Part shown: in pieces, positions 22,111 through 33,200 of the stretch | Position numbering within the stretch: position 1 is the first letter of the stretch | How the letters are laid out: every line of letters starts with the position of its first letter | Source of the DNA: Rhizaria sp. SCN 62-66 | Lineage: Eukaryota | Reading direction: 5' to 3' | DNA: 41,622 nt | NCBI GenBank assembly: GCA_001724265.1 | Contig: MEDY01000277.1 | Coordinates: 1-41,622, forward strand | Notes under the pieces: model-generated | The model's database searches: none | Told to the model about the DNA's origin: nothing | The model's input: the letters and a program-made list of their open reading frames with translations, nothing else | Translations under genes and position numbers: made by a program

Positions 22111-23172
22111 TCACGCGGTCTTGGCCTTAAGGCGGTCGGTGAGGCCGAGGGTCTTGGCAACGTAGACCTTGACGACCTCGACGACGTTGCCGACCCACAG
22201 CTTGTACTGGTCGTTGGTCATCGTGACCTGTAGCGGAAACAAGAGAGGATATACAAGGAGATATGAGTTTTTGCACCTGAAAAAAACTGAGGACATACAC
22301 ATTAGATTGAATCGTATTACATTTAAAAAATACAGATGAGAGTCATGATTGCAATTATGATATCTGCGTGAAGCGACGCAACGTACCTGGTCGCCGTTGA
22401 GGCGGTTGAGAAGGGTGGTGCAGATGACGCCGCCCTTGATGCCGAGCTCCTGACAGAAGGAGCCGAACATAAGAGACTCCATCTCAATGTTGCGCACACC
22501 GGCCTCGTGCGCCTTGGCCAGGAAGGCGAGCTTCTCGGCGTTGTCGTAGTGGCAGATGGCGCCATCGAGGCGGCCCTGGCCCTCGTAGAAGCAGTCGACC
22601 GACATGGTGGTGCCCGAGGTGACGGGCAGGTTGAGCGACTCAGCGGCGGCAATAAGCCCGTCGTGAACCGAGGCGTCAAGCACCGAGGGGCGGCGGATGA
22701 CCTTGCCCAGCGAGGGGATCTCGTAGTAGGGCTCAAGCAGGCCAGAGACGGAGTTCTTGGTGACGACGACGCTGCCGCCCTCGACGCCGACACCACCCGA
22801 GGTGCCGATGCGGATCATGGTGACGTCCTTGGCGCCCGCGGCGGCGAGCAGCTTGGCCGTCTCGTGGAGCATGATGGAGAAGGTGGGCATGCCCATGCCG
22901 TGGGCGAAGAAGAGGATGGGGCCCACCTTAAACATGTGGTAGCGGGTGGTCGAGCCGATCGGGGTGATGGACTGGCCAAGGGGAAGGGGGAAGAACGAGT
23001 CCGAGAAGGCCTTGGCGATCGACAGCATGCGGTCGTTGGAGCCACCAAAGAGAACGAAGCGCACGTCACCGAAGAGCTCCTTGATGGGCATCGAGGTGTC
23101 GAAGCCGAGGTGGTAGAGGTGGTCCACCTCAAGCTCGGCCACGTGGGGGTTCTTAATCTGAATCGCAGACAT
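22111..23172 (-). CDS. UPP: Eukaryotic-type uridine phosphorylase; exons 23172-22387, 22227-22111
   Basis: DHLYHLG, FGDVRFV, HGMGMP, RIGTSGG, FYEGQGRLDGA, NIEMES, LLNRLNGDQ; one phase-0 intron; ends TGA. Confidence 0.93.
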   Translation of the reverse strand: MSAIQIKNPHVAELEVDHLYHLGFDTSMPIKELFGDVRFVLFGGSNDRMLSIAKAFSDSFFPLPLGQSITPIGSTTRYHMFKVGPILFFAHGMGMPTFSIMLHETAKLLAAAGAKDVTMIRIGTSGGVGVEGGSVVVTKNSVSGLLEPYYEIPSLGKVIRRPSVLDASVHDGLIAAAESLNLPVTSGTTMSVDCFYEGQGRLDGAICHYDNAEKLAFLAKAHEAGVRNIEMESLMFGSFCQELGIKGGVICTTLLNRLNGDQVRCVASRRYHNCNHDSHLYFLNVIRFNLMCMSSVFFRCKNSYLLVYPLLFPLQVTMTNDQYKLWVGNVVEVVKVYVAKTLGLTDRLKAKTA

Positions 23173-23868
23173 GCGGAAAAAAAAACTAGATTGTCGCAGT
23201 AGTGCAGAATGCAATAACGGGTGGTTAGCGCGGCGGTGAAAGCGTGGACGGAGAGAACGAATAGGATATGACGGAGTGACACGTCGACCTCAACGACGTC
23301 GGTTGCGGGGTTGGGTCATATTTTCGCCGATAGGCGTGTTTGGTGAAGTGCTGGAATTGTCAAAAAAATATGAAAATTCAACTCGCGGCGTATAGTTCGG
23401 GAAACACTCTTCACAGCCTTTAGTGTTGCCCATTTCGACGACGTAAAATGGGAAAGAAATAATCTCGCTCTCTCAACGTCACCCTTCCGTCCGGCCAGTC
23501 GTGCGCTTAGCACCGGCCCTTAGTGGCGAGTGATGCAGTTGGTCGGTGTCGATCGAGAGCACCTACCAACGGGTAAAACAGCACGCGCTCGTTCGGGCAT
23601 GAAAATAGGAACCAGTTCGTCGTAGTGAGACGATAGTATAAGGTTATTTGGTATAATGCGATATATTCCGTCTACTTTGCATTTTAGTTTACCACGAAGT
23701 GTCGTTTCATGTGCGGTATGGAGCTCTGAAGTTCGGCTTGGTTTCATGACTAAGCAACGGCTCTGAAGCCTGCCACCACTATCCGACCCGTTTCACCCAT
23801 GGTCCGCGGACAACTCACGATATGAGAATCATTTTTATATATGCGCACTTCTTCTTCATAGAAACTCG

Positions 23869-26702
23869 ATGGCCGATTTCCAGCGTCCGAACGAGTACGA
23901 CCCTAACCTGATCAAGCAGGAGCAGGCGGCCGCGCTTTCGCAGAAGGCGCTCGCGAACGACATGGACGACCTTTCGTTCGACAACGACCTGCAGAACGAC
24001 AACGGCGCCGGCGCCTCGGGCGCTGCCGTGGACCCTTCTCTCTTCGTGCCCAGCTCCGAGTTCGAGGCCGTCAAGGAGCAGCTCAAGACGGCGAACCAGT
24101 CGCGCGTCAAGGCAGACTACGCGACGCGCAAGGCGGAGGAGCGCATCGAGCAGCTCACGAGCATGCACAAGTCGACGCAGTCGATCCTGGCGCGCCGCCA
24201 CAAGGTGCAGCTTAAGGCACTGCGCACGGAGCTGGATGAGACCAAGGCTCTGCTGAGCAAGGACGAAGACATGATCGCCGCGCTGCAACGCAAGGCGGCC
24301 GGCGCGGCGCCCGAGGCCGGCGACGCGGCCGCGCTCGCCGTTAAGGAGTCCACCGCGCTGCAGCTCGAGCTGGCCGCCGTCAAGGCGCAGCTGGAGGATG
24401 CCGCGGGCCGCGCGCAGGCGTGCGAGGACGAGGCCGCCGAGTACAAGCGCATCGCCGAGGAGGCGCAGCAGCGCCTCACGGCTGCCGAGGCCGCGGGTGG
24501 GTCGTCGTTGGAGCTGGCGCAGCTGCTCAAGCTGCAGGCGCAGATCGACGCCGCCGCGTTCGACCGCAACACGGCGCTGGGCGGCGACGACGACGACGCC
24601 GCCGCGGCCGCCACGAGCGCCGACGACGTAACCGGCAGCGACGCGGCTGGTGCGCAGCTCGCCGTGTCGGTGTTGGCCGAGCTCGACACGCTGCGCCGCC
24701 ACAAGGCCGAGCAGGACGCCCTCATCGCGCGCTTGCGCGCGGCCGCGGGCGGCGCCACGGGCGAGGAGGCCGACGACGAGTCCGCGGCCGCCGCGGGCGG
24801 GTCCTCGGCCGCCAACGCCGCCGCGCTGGTTGAGGCGGAGAAGAAGATCAAGGAGCTCACCGAAGAGCTCACGGTCATGGCGCAGTCGATGGCGACGCTC
24901 TCGGTGGCGCCCGGCGCGTCGGCCGAGCTGGGCACGCTCGGCGTCGAGCTCGCCTCGGCCAAGGCCGCGCTGCGCGCCGCGCAGGCCGACGCGGGCAACA
25001 AAGACGAGGCCGTCAAGAAGTCTGACGCGCTGCTCAAGAAGCGCGAGGAGCAGCTCAAGATGCTCAAGGAGAACGCGCAGGCGAAGCTGAACGAGGCCTC
25101 CGGCTCGATCAAGAAGCTGCGCGCCGAGTACGGGAATCTGCGCGAGGCGTACCAGGCGCTCAAGACGCAGTCCGAGGACAAGGTGCGCAAGCTGCACGAG
25201 CAGATGGTCAAGAACCGCTCGCAATCTGTAGCGGCGCGCAAGAAGGTGCTCGAGGCTATGGCGGGGCAGGTGGCCGCGCTCAAGGCTGAGATGGCCGAGG
25301 TGCGCGGCGGGGTCACCGCGCTGGCGGGCGACAACGCCGGCATTGGCCACGCCATCGTGAAGCAGATCAAGGCACAGACGGGCGCGCAGACGCAGTACTT
25401 GGCGACGCTGCGCGAGAACTACGAGAAGGAGCTCAAACTGCGCAAGAAGCTCTTCAATCAGATCCAGGAGCTCAAGGGCAACATCCGCGTCTACGCGCGC
25501 GCGCGTCCTGTGGCGGAGCGCGAGCGCGCGGCCATGGGCCCCTCGCCCGTGATCAACTTCCCGCGCGAGGGCGAGATCCGCGTCGACAACGGGCCCAAGA
25601 AGCAGTCTCACAACTTCGAGTTCGACCACGTGTTCCCGCCCTCGGCGACGCAGGAGGATGTGTTCGAGGAGGTCCAGGACCTCGTCACCTCGGTGCTCGA
25701 CGGCTACAACGTCTGCATCTTCGCCTACGGCCAGACGGGCTCCGGCAAGACGCACACCATGGAGGGCCCCAAGGACAACCCCGGTGTCAACACGCGCGCG
25801 CTCGACAAGCTCTTCAACGAGGCCGGCGAGAAGAGCGACCAGTGGGAGTTTAACCTCCGCATCACGCTGCTCGAGATCTACAACGAGAAGATCATGGACC
25901 TGCTCTCCGACACTCAGGTATGTCAGACTCCCACGCGTGTCACTTGTTTTCTTCACTTTTCAATGACTCAATGGCGTAAATATCGATTTTCCTTTGCGAA
26001 TTTTTGCTAATTTTGTGTTTAATTCGTTCATATTTTTTTTTTCTCTGCTTTCATTAGGACGTGACGCTCAAGGTCGTGCAGGGCAAGGACGGCATGGAGG
26101 TGCTGGGTCTGACCCAGGTCGAGGTGTCCTCCGCCGACGACGTGCAGCGCAACCTCGCCAAGGGCAAACGCAACCGCCACGTGGCGCGCACAGACATGAA
26201 CGACTACTCGTCGCGCTCGCACCTCATTCTCTCCGTGTACGCCCGCGGCCGCAACCGCATCACGAACCAGACGTGCATGGGCAAGCTGCACCTCATCGAC
26301 CTGGCCGGCTCCGAGCGCATCTCGCGCTCCGGCGTTACGGGCGAGGCGCTCAAGGAGGCACAGAAGATCAACTACTCGCTCTCGGCGCTCGGCAACGTCA
26401 TCTCTGCGCGCGCCAACAAGAACGAGCACATCCCGTACCGCAACTCGATGCTGACGTACCTGCTGCAGGACTCGCTGGAGAAGAACTCCAAGACGCTCAT
26501 GTTCGTCCAGCTGTCGCCCACGCTCGAGTCGGTGACGGAGACGCTGTGCTCGCTGCGCTTCGCCGAGCGCGTGCGCAAGGTCGAGCTCGGCAAGGCCGGC
26601 AAGAACGTCGCGGGCTCGGCCGGCGGTGCCTTCTCCGCGCCCACGTCGCCCGTCGACTACAATGACGACGAGGACGTCGACCCCGACCAGGGCGAGCTCT
26701 AA
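23869..26702 (+). CDS. Kinesin-14 (C-terminal motor, minus-end-directed class) with long coiled coil; exons 23869-25917, 26058-26702
   Basis: Neck RKKLFNQIQELKGNIRV, P-loop FAYGQTGSGKT, switch I NDYSSRSH, switch II DLAGSER, HIPYRNS; ends TAA. Confidence 0.95.
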
Positions 26703-27208
26703 GCGGGCTGCCTTGCGGCGTTGCAGACGACATTGCAGCTGCAATTCATCGCAGTAAAAGAGCGGTGTAAGATATGATATCGAGACTGTACAATGAGCGA
26801 TGCTGCAGTGTCGTGCAGATGGATCTAAGCTTCCTTCTCTCTGCTGTGTGCTCGAAACTCTGCCCGATTTCATTTTTCCTCTTCTGTATCCGACGCAAAT
26901 TTTCTTGTCTATAGTAACGGTGACAGTGACAACATGCGTGTCATGTTGTTGTGTTCGTTTGACTTGTTTTATGATAGGTTGTTTCTGTTTCTTTTCTACT
27001 ACGTCTATAAGCTTCATTTCTCGAAGATGTCGACCATAACAATACACAGTTTGTTTCATTCTATCGCTCTTTTTTGTCATGCTGATTTAATCAACGTTTC
27101 TTTATTGCCGATCTTGCTAGATAAATTTCAAATCTAGGTAACACTCCTTGCCATAACGTTTTTACTTTCGTTGTCGGATTCACACAGGTTTCACACCAAG
27201 GTTTTTAA

Positions 27209-30200
27209 TCATCGTCCATTGTAGCCCACATTGCGTAGTGTGAGATACTCGTACAGCTTCGTCGCCGCTGGTGTCGGCAGCTGAACACGCCACACCCTCA
27301 CAGCCCCTTCACCGCCTGCAGCAGAACTACCACCCGAGCCTGCGCCATTGCTCGCGCCGTTTGTCGCGTTACCGCGGCCGAACACTGCAACGAGCGCCGA
27401 CATCGGCACTTGCAACGTACTATCGTTGTTGTTCAAACTACTCATGTTGACGTTGGGCGACGTCGTGTAGTGCGGGGGCAAAGTCGTGACAACAACGTCA
27501 ATGACATCCTCAACGCGCTCCACCGCAATGACCGCCGTGCGCCGCGCGCCAGAGACAACGACGGAGCTATTGCCTCCAGTCAGTGCGTTCTGCGCGGCAA
27601 CACCGAGATCCTCCCTGCACAGCAGCACCGCACCAGCAAGAGCTACCACAGTGCACTCGACTTCAACCGCGGCGGACAGAGACGTCAGCGCCGGCGTGGA
27701 GCTTGCAAACGCTGTGGTAACTGAGGGCGCAGCTGCAATAAACGGCGAGTGCAAGACTGATAGCAACGGGTTCGAGTGGTGCATCGGCAACAATAACAGA
27801 TCGCGGCCATTAGCAATCTCGCCACTCGAACTCGCACTTGCGTTTGAGCTTACGATTTGGCTCGGATTAGGCGCTAACTCGGCTGCGGCAGCCGCGACTG
27901 CAGCGGCTGCAGATGCCGTCACTGACGCACGGAGACGGCCAAGGTCGACAACAGCTTCCACCGCAGCGGCAACGGCGCGGGAATACAGCCTGACAGAGCC
28001 GCCGCCCACCGCGAGCGCTCCAGCGCTGCCAGCATGGTGTGCGAGCTGAGGCATCACATCCGTCAGCGCGGCGGAGTTCGCGTTGCTGTTGCTGGATACA
28101 TTGCGACCGCCACGGCGCTGGCGCGCGCGCAACGTGGCCGCAGCAGCAGCTGCTGCAATTATGGTAGGGTCGGGGTAGTACGCACCACCACCGCTCTCGG
28201 CAACGCAGCTGCCGCCGGCAGAGGTGACGGTAGGCGCGGATGCAGCGCTAGCGGCTGCGAGCGCAACGAGCGAGTGCAGCACCGGCGCGACGTCTGCTTG
28301 CGCGCTCGACAGAGCGTCGTCTACGGCCGCGACGGCGGGCTTCTGCACAGGCAGCAGCGACGACGCGAGGCGGGTCAGCGCGTGAGTTAACACACGGTCG
28401 CCGGCGACGACAGTAAGGGATGACACGCGCGGCTGCTGCTGCTGTTGCTGCTGTGCTGCCGCGGAGCTGGGGTTCGTTGATAGAGGCGGAAGCCGCGGGC
28501 CGGGAGACTCCGTGAAGTCGATGCGGACAGACTGCAAAGCACCACCGACAACCATGCGGTTGAGTGCCTTGACTGGCAATGCGGAGACAAATACGAGCCG
28601 CTCACGATCGCCCGAAGTGATGTCATTCGTCGACTGCTGAGATGGTCGTTGTTGCTGCTGAGTAGAAACAGTGATGCGACGAAAGACAAATATGTCATAC
28701 TCCGTCGCAAGCAGAAGTGCAGGATACGTTGTAGTCAGTGCGTGCTGAGTAACATCTGCAGCTGCACCAGCTGACGCGGCGGAGCGCCGCCAATCACAGT
28801 CGAAGAACACACATCCCTTATCTTCACGATTCGTTTTTTTGCCACCAGCTGTCGCACTCCTGCCTTGAATTGAGCTATCAAGACTCGGATCACTCTTAGA
28901 AGCAATCATCACATTAGTTACTGCAGTAGCAGCGCAAGCAAACGCAAAAGCAGTGAGTGCGGGTACTGGCTCCGATGGTTCCTCCGCAGCCCTCAGCCCT
29001 TGCGTCACAGGATGCACCGCAGCGTGCTGATGCATCATGACATCACCATAAAGTACGCCACCAACATCCACGTTGTTCACAGCAAGCCCAGCCGCGCTGG
29101 CCATGGAACTAGCGCCGACAGATTGCGGGTACGCAAGACCGTGTGCACCAGCAGTGCCGGGAGGCAACGTGAGTCCCGCTGCGGCGGCGGCCTGAGCCAT
29201 TGCAATTGCGTCCTCCTCGGCTGCTGCGGCAGCGGCTGCTGCCACCGAGACCGCTGATGACGCAGTGGTGTTGCCGGTGGTTGCGGCAAGGTTGTTAGGA
29301 TCAAGACCAGATGTTGAACCACGCCTGCTGCCGCCGCGACTACCCGGTCGGCTACTGCTCGCAGCCACATTAGAGCCTGTAGCGTTGATGCTGCTCTTGC
29401 TAGTGTTGTCCTTTTCTTTGTCCTTGTCTTTGTTGCTAGTGCTGCTGTGAGCAGCCATTGCAAGGCGCAGACGGGCTGAGGCTAGAGCGAGAGGGTCCTC
29501 TGCCAGCCTGCACCGCAGGGCTAACAAAACCCTCTCACCAAACAGAGTCGGCAGCACAACTGGCGCTGCACTAGCGGCGTCTCGCTCACTACTGCTATGA
29601 GCGGCTGCGATGGCGGTTGCAGCAGTCCACCATTCTGCAGCACGCGCAGCTGGATTGTAGGCGAACCAGCGGTAGTTGCGCGCACCACCAAGGCCGTCGG
29701 CGTCTGAGCGACTAGATTCAAAACGCAGGTGAGACGATCGCAAATTAGATGCTTCGTTAACACGAGGGAGCTCATTATTCACACTGTTTGAAGCTGGAGG
29801 AGAAACAAATGGAAGCCACGGAAACAAAGCAGTGGGCGCACTGGCAGCGGCTGCATCGGCTTCAGCTGCAATCTCGAGCTCGACTTCGGCAGTTGGGCGC
29901 GGTGTAGGTAACATCGGTTGCAGCAGCGGACCATGCGGTCGTAGTGATTGAGAGATTGCATTAGTCGGCCCAACTGACGCCACAGCGGACTGAACCGACT
30001 CGCTGTTCATGCTGTTGTAGAGGGACTGAACCCACTCGGTAGTGTAGGTCTGCTGCTTGACTTTGGGGATGACTCTCCCCATTCCACAATTGTTTCTACG
30101 AATGGCATCATGCCTTTCAGTGATACTACCGTTTCGTTTAGCCTTGGCTTGCTGATTTTTATCCGTCGCAGCGACTAATTTCGTCAACATCTGCGCAATC

Positions 30201-33200
30201 GCAGTAGCTTGCGTCCGCGAGAGCGACACTAGTTGTTTCTGATTCCCACTCGCACCTACGCTCCCAGATACACCACTGTTGATGGCGCACGTGCTGATGT
30301 TACCACTGGCTCCATTGTTGCAGTTACCAGCAAGCGCTGCCCATGAGTCGCGCAGCGCATCGACTGCGATCTCGGCCGCTACAATGGCGCGCGACGCCGC
30401 CACAGCTGGGGTGGACGGGTAGCCATTCGGGGCAGGGCCTACCCACGAATATACAGAGTTCGTGGTGTCGTAAGCAGAATAGCACGAGTTCTTTGTAACA
30501 GCAGAGAGTGAGGAAAGGAGTAACGACTCTGCAAACCCGCGCCCAACGCGCATGCGCACGCCGCTGCCCAGTTCCGCAGCGCGTGCAATTGCCGTCGCGG
30601 TCTCCACTGCACACGCGCGCGCCGCTGCAAGAGCAGTGGCGCGGGAAGCCGCTGCAGAAAGCGCAGCAGCGGCGGTGCGGCGGCGCGATACTGCAGCAAC
30701 AGAAGTCACTGTTGCAGAGTTATTGCTCATACTCGCGAGGCTGGGGCTCGGACTGCGGCTGGGGCTTGCACTAGCACTGGAGCAGGTGATTGCACCCATG
30801 CGGGGGCTGGGACACGGACTTGGACTTGCACTCGGGGCAGCGCTCGTGCTATGCTGGGCTAATGGTGCAGTAGTCGTTTCAGGCACTGACACAGCGAGGT
30901 CAACAAATGCAGGGATATCCGGGATAGCCGTTCCATTCAGCGAGGACAGGTTGAGGCGCAGCCGCAAAACAAGACGCGTAATCATATTCGCCACATTCTT
31001 TGGGCACGTTGCAACCTCAGTTCCAATAGCCAATGATGCTGGCGCTTTTGAATGCAAAGCACTCACAAAGCCAGTCTTGAAAGATACAGGTGCAGCACCT
31101 GAGAATCCAGAAGGGTTGCCAGTCACGAGTTGAGTTTCCTCAGGGTCAAACGACGTGTTGCCGTCATTGTTATCAGTAGTGATCGTCACTGTTTCGACGC
31201 TGACTCCAGTCACGGGCAACATCACAACAGGTGTTGCATTCTCCTGACCGTTTGCGCTGGCGCTCGCATTGGCTCCAGCGGGTCCACTACCCCAGTGCTC
31301 GGTTGCACCAGGATATGATGCAGCGACAATGCTCAGCACACCGCGCTCTAACATTGCAATACCACCGGTGCCATAAACACTTGGAACAGTGGTAGGAGGT
31401 GGATCCAATGGGAGTTCGGCAGAAAGTAACGCAGCCTCCGCTACAGCACGATCGACAGAGCCAAGACGAGCCGCAACACCGCCAATACTTAGACCTCCGT
31501 TCGTGTTACTAGTCAAATCTGCGTTAGCTGCAGTTGACGCTGTCGCAGCATATGCGCGAAGTACGGCCGCAATAGGATCCTCAAGGTGGCCGTGGCCGTT
31601 GGAGGACGTCGCGGTGCTCTCAGAGTCAGCAGCAACAGTGCCAAGAGTAGGAGCAACCGATGCTTGGGAAAGAGAGAATGATGTCGCGCGTGATGTTGAC
31701 AAAGACGAGGCACGTGACCGTGGCATTGCGTCAAACGCACCCATCGGCAATACATCATCATCGATAGTACCACTATCATCGCCGTCACCATCAGTTTCAC
31801 CGCCGCGCCACCTATTCTCACCATTACCGTGACTGCTGGTGACCGTGTCGCGCCGCCTCGCGCGCTTTCTAGCCGTTGCAGCAAGCGCGACAGCGGCGGC
31901 GTCGGCTTGGAGCGCAGCGACCGTGGCAGATGCCGCTGTGAGCAGAGACGCCGCTGCAACAGCAGCCGCGCCCGCGCCTGCACCAGGGCCGTACTCAGCT
32001 GCAGCAAGCCATCGGTCGAAAGCAATGTCCGGGTCCCGCGCCGCTGCTGCGGCAGCAGCAGCAGCAGCGGCCGCAGCAACACTAGAGCCCACGCCGGATG
32101 TACCAGAGCTTTGCACATTCGAGAACTGTGCAATGTAGGCGTCGACCTAAGCGTCAGTCGGAACTGGGACTGAGAGATATGCGCAGTAAGGAACATTGCC
32201 ATCATGACCCTCTGAAGTCTTGCTGTCATCACCCATCTTCGCAGAATGGGTGTTATTGTTAGCAGCCGCAGCAACGTTGTTCTGGGCGAAGCTTGTGTCT
32301 GCAGTGCTACTGCTGCGCAAGAGAGTACCCGTGCCAGCAGTTGTGACAGGCCCTGTCACGGGAGACATGGTGACAGCAGATGCAGACTTGCGATGAGTTG
32401 CTTTACTCGCACTCGCGTTTACACTGCGATTAGCTGCAGTAGCGTCACCACCAGCTGCCACGCCTGGTGTCTGCTGCTGCAGTTGCTGTTTAGGTTTGCG
32501 TCTAGGAGTCGCCGGTGGCGTCGTAAACGGGTTCACGCCTTCATGCACTGTGCTCACAACATCGCCTGTCGTGCCTGCATTCGCTTCAAGACCGGATTCA
32601 GGGGCGTTGATGATCGCCGTGGGTGCCGCACCTTCGATCGTCGCAAGTCGAGAGCGACGGGGCTTTGAGCGCACTGCACTGCCAACGCCAGGACTTGCAG
32701 CGACTAATCCTGGCTGGGATACTGACGACACTGCTGCCCCAGAAACCGCTGGAGTAGCGTTGAGGCGAGAACGAGGGTGCTTGGGAGGAGGCGAATTGAA
32801 TCCAGCAGGGTGCGCTGCGGCGGCAACAGAAAGTGGAAGCGCCGATATGTCACCTGCGTGGAGATCAGAGACTTCAAGAACCGTGCCACGCGCTGTCATT
32901 GTCTCAAGACATTGCTATGCAGTCCCCTTGTAATTGTTGTAGGCATCTACAGTGCTTGCATCAGAAAATGACGGCATGGTTGAGCCAAGAAGACATGCGC
33001 GAAACGCATTGGCAGCGGCAGCAGCAGCGGATGCAAGCGCTGGTGCTTGCGCACGCAATGTTGCAGTATCCTCAGGAAGCTCCGGCCACCAGACTAGCGA
33101 CGCTGGTGGCGATAGGGCTGTTGCAATAACCGTACTGATGCTGGCATTGCTCGAACCGTTTGTGTCCGGAGTCGGTGCGGTCAACTTGAGGCCCTGTGCT

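Noticed and set aside
23815-25956. Long antisense and alternative-frame ORFs (e.g. 713 aa opposite kinesin, 554 aa opposite eIF4G, 509 aa opposite the exonuclease)
   Set aside because: Shadow ORFs expected from high GC3 codon bias; no recognisable motifs
32147-32422. Second TAG as a splice acceptor (ctgac branch-like motif just upstream)
   Set aside because: No GTAYGY donor found upstream within intron range; frame-preserving donors are only non-consensus ones (e.g. GTAAAC at 32422), and the sequence reads as coding
32147-32917. Pyrrolysine or selenocysteine recoding
   Set aside because: Sec uses UGA. Pyl is known only from prokaryotes, and these TAGs lie in non-catalytic linkers.
32893-33135. 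Possible 243-nt frame-preserving intron (minus strand, GTACGG...ACAG) that would remove the first in-frame TAG; also a 36-nt GTAGAT...TAG option (32950-32915)
   Set aside because: Neither donor matches GTAYGY, both lengths fall outside the 114-225 nt range, the content is codon-like (poly-Ala) and there is no pyrimidine tract at the acceptor. Disfavoured, but not excluded without RNA-seq.
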